From NCBI GenBank assembly GCA_910586595.1, contig CAJUJB010000010.1, forward strand, positions 9,534-73,533: a stretch of DNA of 64,000 nucleotides. Direction: 5' to 3'. Within the stretch, counting starts at the first letter, position 1. Each line of letters opens with the position of its first letter. The stretch is from an uncultured Muribaculaceae bacterium. GTDB taxonomy: Bacteria > Bacteroidota > Bacteroidia > Bacteroidales > Muribaculaceae. The position numbers were made by a program, and so were the translations under genes. The notes beneath the pieces were generated by a model, which did not search any database, was not told where the DNA came from, and saw only the letters and a program-made list of their open reading frames with translations. This document shows, one piece after another, positions 35,486 to 43,903 of the stretch.

Positions 35486-35493
35486 TATTTTTG
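35486..35493 (+). promoter_or_regulatory. -7 box TATTTTTG upstream of tgt
   Basis: TAnnTTTG match 19 nt upstream of the ATG at 35512. Confidence 0.45.
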
Positions 35494-35511
35494 CAGGCTA
35501 AAACTCCGTCA

Positions 35512-36642
35512 ATGAAGTTCACACTCCAACATACATGCGCCGATTGTGGCGCCCGAGCCGGTCTTATCGAAACTGACCATGGCCCTATCCAGACTCCTAT
35601 TTTCATGCCCGTCGGTACGGTCGGTACCGTCAAGGGTGTCCATATGCACGAGCTCCGCGATGATATAAAAGCCCAGATAATACTCGGCAACACCTATCAT
35701 CTCTATCTGCGCCCGGGTATGGATACGATTCACCGGGCTGGGGGTCTCCACCGTTTCAACGGATGGGAACGCCCCATCCTCACCGACAGCGGCGGCTTCC
35801 AGGTTTTCTCTCTCAGTTCTAACCGCAAACTTACTGAGGAAGGTGCCCACTTCCGCAGCCATATCGATGGTTCTAAGCATCTGTTTACTCCCGAGAATGT
35901 GGTGGATATTCAGCGCACCATCGGATCGGATATAATGATGGCCCTCGACGAATGTGCCCCCGGTACGTCGGATCGGGCTTACACGCGCCGCAGTCTCGAC
36001 CTGACAAAGCGCTGGCTCGAACGTGGCTGGAAACACTATAAGGAGACTGAGCCGCTATACGGTCATTATCAGTCGTACTTCCCCATTGTGCAGGGCTGCA
36101 CTTACCCCGACATGCGTCGTGAGGCTGCCGAGCACGCAGCTGCCCTCGGTGCCGACGGATATGCGATCGGTGGCTTGGCTGTGGGTGAGCCGGCTGAGGT
36201 GATGTATGATATGATTGAGGTGGTGAATGAGGTTCTGCCTACCGACCGCCCCCGTTACCTGATGGGTGTGGGTACCCCGATCAATATTCTCGAGGCTATC
36301 GACCGCGGAGTGGATATGATGGACTGTGTGATGCCTACCCGCAACGGCCGCAACGGCACTCTGTTCACCCCCGAAGGTACCATGAACATGCGCAATGCCA
36401 AGTGGGCCAACGATTTCTCTCCCCTCTGGCCCGACGGCCCCTCGATTGTTGACCAGGTCTATACCAAGGCCTATGTGCGCCATCTCTTTATTGCCAATGA
36501 GTTGCTGGCCATGCAGATAGCGTCCATCCATAATCTCGCCTTCTATCTCTGGCTCGTGGGCGAGGCCCGCAAGCACATAATCGCCGGAGATTTCCATGCG
36601 TGGAAGACCGATATGGTTCAGCGCCTGGGTCGTCGACTCTGA
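35512..36642 (+). CDS. tgt: tRNA-guanine transglycosylase (queuine tRNA-ribosyltransferase)
   Basis: Trimmed to MKFTLQHTCADCGARAGLIETDHGPIQTPIFMPVGT. LTDSGGFQVFSL, GGLAVGE and CVMPTRNGRNG are present. Confidence 0.92.
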   Translation: MKFTLQHTCADCGARAGLIETDHGPIQTPIFMPVGTVGTVKGVHMHELRDDIKAQIILGNTYHLYLRPGMDTIHRAGGLHRFNGWERPILTDSGGFQVFSLSSNRKLTEEGAHFRSHIDGSKHLFTPENVVDIQRTIGSDIMMALDECAPGTSDRAYTRRSLDLTKRWLERGWKHYKETEPLYGHYQSYFPIVQGCTYPDMRREAAEHAAALGADGYAIGGLAVGEPAEVMYDMIEVVNEVLPTDRPRYLMGVGTPINILEAIDRGVDMMDCVMPTRNGRNGTLFTPEGTMNMRNAKWANDFSPLWPDGPSIVDQVYTKAYVRHLFIANELLAMQIASIHNLAFYLWLVGEARKHIIAGDFHAWKTDMVQRLGRRL

Positions 36643-36655
36643 TATTACGCCGCAT

Positions 36656-37732
36656 ATGTTCAAGCTGCTCGACAAATACATCATACGCAAGTTCCTCGGA
36701 ACTTATATTTTCGCCATCATATTGCTGCTGGCGATTGTGGTGATGTTCGACATCAACGAGAAGCTCGATTCATTCGTCAAGGCTCCGCTCAAGGCAACCA
36801 TATTCGACTATTTTCTCAACTTCCTGCCATATTTCGCCAATCAGTTCTCGCCGCTGTTCACCTTCATTGCGGTGATATTCTTCACCTCCAAGTTGGCCGG
36901 CAACAGCGAGATTATAGCCATGCTGTCCACGGGCATGAGTTTCAAGCGCTTGCTCCGCCCATATATGGTGTCGGCCGCCATCATTGCGGCCGCAACCTTT
37001 GTGCTCAGCGCCTACATCATTCCTCCGGCCAATGTGAAGCGTATCGACTACACAAATACATATGTGAAGAATAAGCGCGTCGACTATGGCTCCAATATCA
37101 TTCTCATGGTGGCGCCTGGGCAGATTGCCTATATGAGCCGCTACGACAACATAAGCAAGACCGGACACCGCTTCTGGCTCGAATCGTTCGATGAAGACAA
37201 GCATCTCACTTCGCGTCTCACTGCTCAGACTATCAAATGGGATACTCTTTACCAGTGGAAGATATTCGACTATGTGCAGCGCGACTTCCGCGACGACCGC
37301 GAGTATATCCAGAAAGGCCGTCAACGCGATACGAGCATAGCCTTCGAGCCACGCGACTTCCTCATTTCGTCGCTCGACCATGAGAAAATGACCTCGCCTG
37401 CCCTCGACGAGTATATCCGCCGCCAGAAGATGCGTGGAGTGGGCAATATACAGACATTCGAGGTGGAGCGTGAGCGCCGCTATGCCATGACGGCGGCCGC
37501 TTTTATCCTCACCGTCATTGGCATGACCCTGTCGGTGAAAAAACAGAAGGGCGGCATGGGGCTCAACATCGGCATAGGCCTTGTGCTGAGCTTCAGCTAT
37601 ATCCTCTTTATGACCATCACCCAGACCTTCGCCATTTCCGGCCTCACGTCGGCATTCGTGGCCATGTGGATTCCCAACTTTATCTACACCATTATCGCTA
37701 TAGTGCTTTATCGCCGCGCCTCGCACGGTTAA
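36656..37732 (+). CDS. LptF/LptG family LPS export permease
   Basis: Trimmed to MFKLLDKYIIRKFLGTYIF, the typical YjgP/YjgQ N-terminus. Six TM segments flank a periplasmic domain. Confidence 0.8.
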   Translation: MFKLLDKYIIRKFLGTYIFAIILLLAIVVMFDINEKLDSFVKAPLKATIFDYFLNFLPYFANQFSPLFTFIAVIFFTSKLAGNSEIIAMLSTGMSFKRLLRPYMVSAAIIAAATFVLSAYIIPPANVKRIDYTNTYVKNKRVDYGSNIILMVAPGQIAYMSRYDNISKTGHRFWLESFDEDKHLTSRLTAQTIKWDTLYQWKIFDYVQRDFRDDREYIQKGRQRDTSIAFEPRDFLISSLDHEKMTSPALDEYIRRQKMRGVGNIQTFEVERERRYAMTAAAFILTVIGMTLSVKKQKGGMGLNIGIGLVLSFSYILFMTITQTFAISGLTSAFVAMWIPNFIYTIIAIVLYRRASHG

Positions 37733-37830
37733 ATGCGCCCTTGGCGGTTATAGGGCCAAGTATAAACGTTAAATTTGACCCAAAAAGAAATTTTTAAGTG
37801 AAAAAGTTTGGCACTTTGCAAAAGAGTGTA

Positions 37831-37838
37831 TAACTTTG
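37831..37838 (+). promoter_or_regulatory. -7 box TAACTTTG upstream of a T9SS cargo gene (long leader of about 130 nt)
   Basis: TAnnTTTG match 138 nt upstream of the ATG at 37976. Confidence 0.35.
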
Positions 37839-37975
37839 TCCTCGTTGAAGGTCTGTCCGCATGCCACACGCTTCAAAAACCCCTGCGGCACCTTCGGCCC
37901 CGCCTTTCTCCAATAGGAGCTATGGCTTGAAATACAATTTCTTAGATTTGTTTAATTACTCACAATCGCATTCGC

Positions 37976-39244
37976 ATGAAAAAACTTTACACACTTCTTG
38001 CATCTGCACTTCTCGTGGTTTCGGCTTCGGCTGGCGCCCCTATGCAGAAGACAATCAGTGCGAATATCGACGCACCTGTAGTCGATATGAGCAAGGCTGT
38101 AATCACAGAGCGTAATACAGACCACAACGCATTCCAGGCTCGTCATAACTCAGTGAAAAGATTCCGCGCCCAGGCTGCCGACGAGCCCACACTCGTTGAA
38201 GACAGCCGCCTCGCTGGCGACTACATGTCGTACTCACTGGGTGTTTTCCCTAATGACTCTACCCAGAGCTGGGGCGTGAGCATGGCACAGATTGAAGAGT
38301 ACTCAAACGGCGCTGTAATTGTTTACGGCCTCTTCGACCCCGATAACTACATGGTTGGTAAATTCGATGAAGCAAAAAAACAGATTACCCTCAATTCATT
38401 TGCAACAACCTGCCCCCGCACAGAGCAAAATGCCCTCGGCCAGTGGGTTGAAACCGACACTGTAATTTCTGTTGGTGCTGTTTCCTTGGAGACCGGTTAT
38501 GGAATGGATCTCGTATTTGATGTTGATGTTGACAATCACTACCTTTCATGGTCTGCTTCCGACAATGGCGTACAGTTCCTTGATGCCGTTTTCGTATTCG
38601 TCCGTCATAAAGATGATCCCCAAGAGGATGAAGTTGATGAGGCATTCTACTTCATGAATATCAATGCTGGTTGGAACTCTCTTATCCAGTTCGCGCTGAA
38701 ACCCAATACTCCTACCAACCAGTACAACCAGTGGTACATCTATGCTGAGCATTCTGATGACCTTCGTGAGATAAATGTATCTAACGTATTCGGTGGCTTC
38801 TTCATTCCTTCTTCTGCCACCAACCACAACTTCACCATCCAGGTGAGCGAAGATCTCACAACTGCTGTTGCTGAAGACCAGGTTGCGCAGTCGTTCTCTG
38901 ATGGTGACTACCTCCTCTGGGATGGTGACCTGGAAGACACTATCGTTAACTTCGAGGTTGGTAACGGTACTCTTAGCGGACAGCCTATCGGTATGCTTAT
39001 GGCCAGCTCATTTGCAGCCGCACCTCTTCTCAAACCTGAAGAAGACGCGCTCATTTACTACAACCCCGTCTTCGCCTTCCTTGATTTCTTCTTCGATAAT
39101 TCAGGCGTTGAATCAGTGACTGTAGCCGACGAAAATGCCCCCGTTGAATACTTCAACCTCCAGGGCGTACGCGTTGCAGAACCCGAAAACGGTCTCTACA
39201 TCCGTCGTCAGGGCAAGAATGTAAGCAAAGTATTCGTGAAATAA
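37976..39244 (+). CDS. hypothetical secreted protein with T9SS C-terminal domain
   Basis: 422 aa with signal peptide MKKLYTLLASALLVVSASA. Tail: EYFNLQGVRVAEPENGLYIRRQGKNVSKVFVK. I do not recognise the body. Confidence 0.6.
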   Translation: MKKLYTLLASALLVVSASAGAPMQKTISANIDAPVVDMSKAVITERNTDHNAFQARHNSVKRFRAQAADEPTLVEDSRLAGDYMSYSLGVFPNDSTQSWGVSMAQIEEYSNGAVIVYGLFDPDNYMVGKFDEAKKQITLNSFATTCPRTEQNALGQWVETDTVISVGAVSLETGYGMDLVFDVDVDNHYLSWSASDNGVQFLDAVFVFVRHKDDPQEDEVDEAFYFMNINAGWNSLIQFALKPNTPTNQYNQWYIYAEHSDDLREINVSNVFGGFFIPSSATNHNFTIQVSEDLTTAVAEDQVAQSFSDGDYLLWDGDLEDTIVNFEVGNGTLSGQPIGMLMASSFAAAPLLKPEEDALIYYNPVFAFLDFFFDNSGVESVTVADENAPVEYFNLQGVRVAEPENGLYIRRQGKNVSKVFVK

Positions 39245-39265
39245 TCCACAATACGATATAAATGA

Positions 39266-39300
39266 AAAAGGCGTGTTCCGCTCGTGGAACACGCCTTTTT
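39266..39300. terminator. bidirectional hairpin terminator
   Basis: aaaaaggcgtgttcc gctcgt ggaacacgccttttt between convergent gene ends. Confidence 0.75.
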
Positions 39301-39321
39301 CAGCTTCACGCAGAAATATTT

Positions 39322-39708
39322 TTACAGGCTGCGTGTGATGAAATATGCGAGGTAGAGCATGAGGAAACCTACAGCTATGCTGGCTACGGCGTAGAGCAAT
39401 GCCATAGCTTGCCCCTGCGAGCTGATGAGGAGATAATTCTCGTTGATAAAAGTTGAGAAGGTGGTGAAGCCTCCGCAGAGCCCCACGGTAAGAAATAGTC
39501 TGGCACTCTCTGGGAGGTTGAAGCCCCGGTCAATCAAGCCGTAGATAAGGCCGATAATGAAGCATCCGGCAACATTTACTATGAAGGTGCCGAGCGGAAA
39601 GGAGCCGTGCCACTGCGCCTGCACTGCCCGCCCTACCAGATACCTGGCCATGCCACCGATGGCACTGCCCGCACCGATGGCGATCAGGTTGGCTAAGAGT
39701 TGATTCAT
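39322..39708 (-). CDS. crcB: fluoride efflux channel CrcB/FluC
   Basis: 128 aa. GGMARYLV..., FPLGTFIVNVAGCFIIG and GGFTTFSTF are present. Confidence 0.85.
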   Translation of the reverse strand: MNQLLANLIAIGAGSAIGGMARYLVGRAVQAQWHGSFPLGTFIVNVAGCFIIGLIYGLIDRGFNLPESARLFLTVGLCGGFTTFSTFINENYLLISSQGQAMALLYAVASIAVGFLMLYLAYFITRSL

Positions 39709-40418
39709 TTTGAAGGCTGAGTCAGCAGACGGTCGATAACCGGCATGAGTACCGACTCCATCACCAGATAGCCGTCGCGGTTAGGATGAACCGCCGGAGT
39801 ATCGGTGGCGTAAGCCGGATTGAGGCCCGAGCCGTCGGGGGTGAGCATGGGTGTGAAATAGTCAAGGTAATCAAGACTGTTGGCTTCGGCGTAGGCTTTG
39901 ATTCGGGCGTTAAGACTGCGGATTACCGGCATCGGGTCGGGTAGATCAGGTCGCCAGGAGAAACCGGCAGCGGGAAGGCACGAGGCAAGCACTATTGTGA
40001 TGCCGTTAGCTTGAGCAAGCTCGACCATCGACACTATATTGCCGAAGGTAAAATCTTCGTCGTAAGGCCCGGTGTTGAGGGCTATGTCGTTTATGGCGCC
40101 GTTAATGACCACGATAGCCGGTTTCAGCTCGAGTACGTCGGAGCGGAAGCGCAGCAGAAATTGGGTTGTGGTCTGGCCGCTTATGCCTCGGCCTATGATA
40201 GACGAATGTTCCTCAAAAAATTCGGGATGGCGCACCGGCCAGTGATCAGTGATTGAGTTGCCCATAAGCACCACCCGCTGTGAATCGGCCGGGAGTGCCT
40301 TTACGGCCTTGTTGGCCTCGCTGTAGCGGGCTATATTGGCTAAGTTCAGCGAATTTGTCTGGGCGGAGACAGCTAATGATGCTGCGCACAGCATGGCGCC
40401 CAAAAAGAGTTGTTTCAT
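39705..40418 (-). CDS. SGNH/GDSL hydrolase family protein
   Basis: Signal peptide present. Block I VVLMGNSITDHW, block II GISGQTT, block III GAINDI. The DxxH block is not clearly seen. Confidence 0.7.
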   Translation of the reverse strand: MKQLFLGAMLCAASLAVSAQTNSLNLANIARYSEANKAVKALPADSQRVVLMGNSITDHWPVRHPEFFEEHSSIIGRGISGQTTTQFLLRFRSDVLELKPAIVVINGAINDIALNTGPYDEDFTFGNIVSMVELAQANGITIVLASCLPAAGFSWRPDLPDPMPVIRSLNARIKAYAEANSLDYLDYFTPMLTPDGSGLNPAYATDTPAVHPNRDGYLVMESVLMPVIDRLLTQPSK

Positions 40419-40435
40419 AGTATAAAGTGATATTT

Positions 40436-40846
40436 TTAACCTACAATGGTAGCCACAATTGTGCGTGGGCCTCCATAGTCGCGGAATTCACATAGGTAGA
40501 TTCCCTGCCAGGTGCCGAGGTTCAGCCGCCCGGAGGTGATGGGGAGAGTCAGTGTAGAGCCTACAATGACAGCCTTTGCATGGCTGGGCATGTCGTCGGG
40601 CCCTTCGTCGGTATGCAGGTAGAAAGGTGCGTTTTCAGGCACAAGCCTGTCGAAAATCATGCGTAGGTCATGACGCACGTCCGGGTCGGCGTTCTCATTC
40701 AAGGCCAGGGCTGCCGAGGTGTGCTTTATCAACAGATTCAGCAGGCCGGCCTCAGGCAGCTCCGGGAGCTGCCTGAGAATCTCGCCTGTGATGAGATGTA
40801 TACCTCTGGGAAAAGGTCTCAGAGTGATGGTAGTCTGGCTTATCAT
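40436..40846 (-). CDS. yjbQ: YjbQ/UPF0047 family protein (secondary thiamine-phosphate synthase)
   Basis: 136 aa. HTSAALALNENADPDVRHD and LGTWQGIYLCEF motifs are present. Confidence 0.8.
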   Translation of the reverse strand: MISQTTITLRPFPRGIHLITGEILRQLPELPEAGLLNLLIKHTSAALALNENADPDVRHDLRMIFDRLVPENAPFYLHTDEGPDDMPSHAKAVIVGSTLTLPITSGRLNLGTWQGIYLCEFRDYGGPRTIVATIVG

Positions 40847-42282
40847 GCCTGGTGGTCTTCGGCATATGCCGTGTGAGGATCAAGCCCCGTACCGTCGAAG
40901 CAATGTGTGCAGACGCGGCACTTGGGGAGGCCGATGCTTGCCACGAGGTCTTCAATGGTGCTGAACTTGAGGGTGGTGAGCCCGAGTCGGCGGGCAATTT
41001 CGGCCACCATACGCTCATACTCCGGAGTGCCGGTGCGGGCGTAGCGCTCGAAGTCGGTGAAGTCTTCGCCTTCAAAGTCGCGGATTATCTGGCGTGATAT
41101 AAGCTCGAGGTCGCTCTTAGATGCGGAAAAACCTACAAAGGGGCAGCCGTAGACCAGAGGCGGACAGGAGATGCGGGCATGAACCTGACGGGCACCACCC
41201 TCGAAGAAGGTGCTTACGTTGTCGCGCAGCTGGGTGCCTCGCACGATGGAGTCGTCGCAGAATACGACGCTTTTGCCGTCCAATATGGCCCGGTTGGGGA
41301 TGAGTTTCATCTTGGCCACGAGGTTGCGTCGACTTTGGTTGCCGGGAGTGAAGCTGCGTGGCCAGGTAGGGGTATATTTCAGCACGGCACGTTGATATGG
41401 TATGCCGCGGCCTTCTGAATATCCGAGGGCGAAGCCCACACCGGAGTCAGGTATGCCACATACGCAGTCGGCTTCGGTCGGATCGGCGGTGCCCATCATG
41501 CGGCCGGCTGATTCGCGCATTGCTTCGGCGTTGATGCCGTTGTAGTCGCTGGCCGGGAAGCCGTAGTAGACCCACAGGAACGAGCAAATCTGCTCGCGGC
41601 GTGCCGGAGGCTGCATTTGCTCGACGCCGTCGGCGCGCAGGCGCACAATCTCGCCGGGGCCGAGGTCGCGGAGGCGGCGGTAGCCGAGGTTAGGGAAGGC
41701 GCAGGTCTCGCTGGTGGCTGCATATCCGTCTTCCTTCTCTCCGATCACAATAGGTGTACGGCCCAGATAGTCGCGGGCCGCGATGATGCCGTCTTCGGTG
41801 AGTATGAGTATAGAGCACGACCCTTTGATCTTGCGGTATACGAGATTGATGCCGTCGACGAAGGTCTCGCCCATGTTGATGAGCAGAGCTATAAGTTCGG
41901 TCTGATTGATGGTGTTGGCCGACAGCTCGCTGAAGTGCATGCGCTTATCGAGCAACTCGGTCGCAATCTCGCGCGTGTTGTTGACCTTGGCTACCGACAC
42001 CACGGCATAACGGCCGAGGTGTGAGTTGACAATAATCGGCTGCGGGTCGGTGTCGCTTATCACGCCCAGCCCTTGATTGCCGACAAAGCGGTCGAGTTCG
42101 TCTTCGAATTTAGATCGGAAATAATCACGCTCGATAGAGTGGATCGTACGGTTGAACCCCTTCTCGGGGTCGAAGGTCACCAGGCCGGCGCGCTTGGTGC
42201 CAAGATGTGAATTATAGTCCGTGCCGTAGAATACTTCGTTGATACACGGTTTCTTAGAAATTGCCCCGAAAAAGCCGCCCAT
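40843..42282 (-). CDS. amidophosphoribosyltransferase-like protein (PurF paralogue type beginning MGGFFG, no N-terminal Cys)
   Basis: ORF 40843..42549 trimmed to the ATG at 42282, downstream of its -7 box. The PRPP loop VVFCDDSIVRGTQL and a C-terminal CRVCTHC cysteine cluster are present. Confidence 0.75.
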   Translation of the reverse strand: MGGFFGAISKKPCINEVFYGTDYNSHLGTKRAGLVTFDPEKGFNRTIHSIERDYFRSKFEDELDRFVGNQGLGVISDTDPQPIIVNSHLGRYAVVSVAKVNNTREIATELLDKRMHFSELSANTINQTELIALLINMGETFVDGINLVYRKIKGSCSILILTEDGIIAARDYLGRTPIVIGEKEDGYAATSETCAFPNLGYRRLRDLGPGEIVRLRADGVEQMQPPARREQICSFLWVYYGFPASDYNGINAEAMRESAGRMMGTADPTEADCVCGIPDSGVGFALGYSEGRGIPYQRAVLKYTPTWPRSFTPGNQSRRNLVAKMKLIPNRAILDGKSVVFCDDSIVRGTQLRDNVSTFFEGGARQVHARISCPPLVYGCPFVGFSASKSDLELISRQIIRDFEGEDFTDFERYARTGTPEYERMVAEIARRLGLTTLKFSTIEDLVASIGLPKCRVCTHCFDGTGLDPHTAYAEDHQA

Positions 42283-42317
42283 AAGAGTGCTGTTTTTATT
42301 GGTTTGGAATTTTGCCG

Positions 42318-42325
42318 CAAAATTA
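42318..42325 (-). promoter_or_regulatory. -7 box TAATTTTG for the purF-like/yjbQ/SGNH/crcB operon
   Basis: The minus strand reads cgTAATTTTGcgg, 36 nt upstream of the ATG at 42282. Confidence 0.45.
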
Positions 42326-42390
42326 CGAAAAAACTCCGTACTTTTAAAAAAAATTATAGGGCGCATCGATTGATTCCGGTCGGGATTGTT

Positions 42391-42398
42391 TATTTTTG
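42391..42398 (+). promoter_or_regulatory. -7 box TATTTTTG upstream of the PfkB kinase gene
   Basis: TAnnTTTG match 69 nt upstream of the ATG at 42467. Confidence 0.4.
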
Positions 42399-42466
42399 CA
42401 CGACGGCCCACGAGGTGTAAACCTTTGTCTGTAATGGCACGTTTAGCAAATAAATTCTTGTTAGCT

Positions 42467-43348
42467 ATGAGTAAAAAAACTGTAGGTATCGGCGAGGCCC
42501 TCTGGGATATGCTGCCGGACGGAAAGAAAATAGGTGGCGCACCCGCCAACTTTGCTTATCATGTGGGTCAGTTCGGGCTCGACAGCGTGGCTGTCAGTGC
42601 CGTAGGCGATGATTCACTCGGTCGTGAACTGCTCGATAATTTCGATGCCCGGAAGATCAATTATCAGGTTGCCGTTGTGCCATATCCTACCGGAACCGTG
42701 CAGGTCGAGGTTGATGCCGCAGGCATTCCATCGTATGACATAAAGGAAAATGTGGCCTGGGATAATATTCCTTTTACCCCCGAGCTTGAAGAGCTCGCAC
42801 GCAACACGGCAGCCGTATGTTTCGGCTCGCTGGCGCAGCGCAATGTCGTGTCTCGGCAGACCATCGCCCATTTCCTCGATTCGATTCCGGCATCAAATGA
42901 TGCGCTTATCGTATTTGACATAAATCTCCGTCAGGGATTCTTTACCAAAGACCTCATCGAGGAATCGATGAAGAGATGCAACATACTCAAGATAAATGAT
43001 GAGGAGCTGGTTGAGGTTAGCCGTCTTTTCGGCTTGCCTGGAATTGACCTGGAGGAGAAGTGCCGTGTCATTCTTGCCTCTTACAATCTTAAGGCCCTCA
43101 TACTCACATGCGGAGTCAACGGCAGCTATGTATTCACTCCCGGTGAGATGTCGTATCTTCCGACTCCGACGGTCGCCGTGGCCGATACAGTCGGTGCCGG
43201 CGATTCATTTACGGCAGCCTTCATAGCTTCGCTGCTCCAAGGGGCAAGTGTGCGCCGTGCCCATGAGAAGGCCGTGGAGACATCGGCATTCGTGTGCACT
43301 CAGCATGGCGCAATGCCAATATTACCTCCCTCGCTAACCCGATTATAA
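42467..43348 (+). CDS. PfkB-family carbohydrate kinase (fructokinase-like)
   Basis: Trimmed to MSKKTVGIGEALWDMLPDGKKIGGAPANFAYH. The C-terminal DTVGAGDSFTAAF motif is present. Confidence 0.75.
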   Translation: MSKKTVGIGEALWDMLPDGKKIGGAPANFAYHVGQFGLDSVAVSAVGDDSLGRELLDNFDARKINYQVAVVPYPTGTVQVEVDAAGIPSYDIKENVAWDNIPFTPELEELARNTAAVCFGSLAQRNVVSRQTIAHFLDSIPASNDALIVFDINLRQGFFTKDLIEESMKRCNILKINDEELVEVSRLFGLPGIDLEEKCRVILASYNLKALILTCGVNGSYVFTPGEMSYLPTPTVAVADTVGAGDSFTAAFIASLLQGASVRRAHEKAVETSAFVCTQHGAMPILPPSLTRL

Positions 43349-43373
43349 ACATAAACCTTTTTATATTTCACAT

Positions 43374-43829
43374 ATGCAGATAGGAGACACTATTCCTGCC
43401 GTGCTCGGCAAAGACGCCGACGGCAATACGGTGGAGGCGGCAGCTTTTGCCGGCAAACCACTCATAATCTATTTTTATCCGAAAGACAATACCTCAGGGT
43501 GTACAGCCGAAGCCTGCTCGATCCGCGACGGTTACGGCGAGTTGCGCGCACTGGGCTATGAGGTGATTGGCATAAGCAAGGATTCTCCGGCCAGCCATGT
43601 GCGCTTTGCCGGTAAATATGAGTTGCCGTTCACTTTGCTGAGCGATGAGTCGACCGAGGTCAACCAGGCTTTCGGCGTATGGCAGAAAAAGAAGATGGCC
43701 GGGCGAGAATATATGGGAACCGTCCGCACCACATTTATCACCGATGCCGACCACCGCGTGACTCACATCATAACCAAGGTAAACACCAAGGATGCCGCAG
43801 GTCAACTTCTGGAAGTGATCAAAGGTTGA
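43374..43829 (+). CDS. bcp: thioredoxin-dependent thiol peroxidase (peroxiredoxin Bcp)
   Basis: 151 aa. The peroxidatic Cys context is FYPKDNTSGCTAEA. Confidence 0.85.
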   Translation: MQIGDTIPAVLGKDADGNTVEAAAFAGKPLIIYFYPKDNTSGCTAEACSIRDGYGELRALGYEVIGISKDSPASHVRFAGKYELPFTLLSDESTEVNQAFGVWQKKKMAGREYMGTVRTTFITDADHRVTHIITKVNTKDAAGQLLEVIKG

Positions 43830-43844
43830 CAGAGATATAAAAAA

Positions 43845-43876
43845 CGACGGGTCGAAGAAATTTCTTCGGCCCGTCG
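43845..43876. terminator. bidirectional hairpin terminator
   Basis: cgacgggtcgaagaaa / tttcttcggcccgtcg (one G-T pair) between convergent gene ends. Confidence 0.65.
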
Positions 43877-43903
43877 GTCTATCTTAAGCGGACTATATGT
43901 GCG

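Noticed and set aside
36770-37726. 318-aa ORF antisense to the LptF/G permease gene (the same situation applies at 11525-12322, 15111-15893, 28555-29157, 59382-60011 and 60109-60759)
   Set aside because: All are embedded opposite well-supported genes and lack promoter boxes and motifs. I treated them as shadow ORFs.
37861-38115. 84-aa ORF spanning the leader and start of the T9SS cargo gene
   Set aside because: It is out of frame with the supported gene and has Pro/Ser-rich composition. It is more likely part of the 5' leader.
42283-42549. N-terminal extension of the purF-like ORF. The same kind of extension occurs at 48615-48716, 52194-52295, 22528-22578, 35491-35511 and 36596-36655.
   Set aside because: The extensions run through promoter boxes or the preceding gene and have non-protein-like sequence. 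Internal ATGs give canonical family N-termini.
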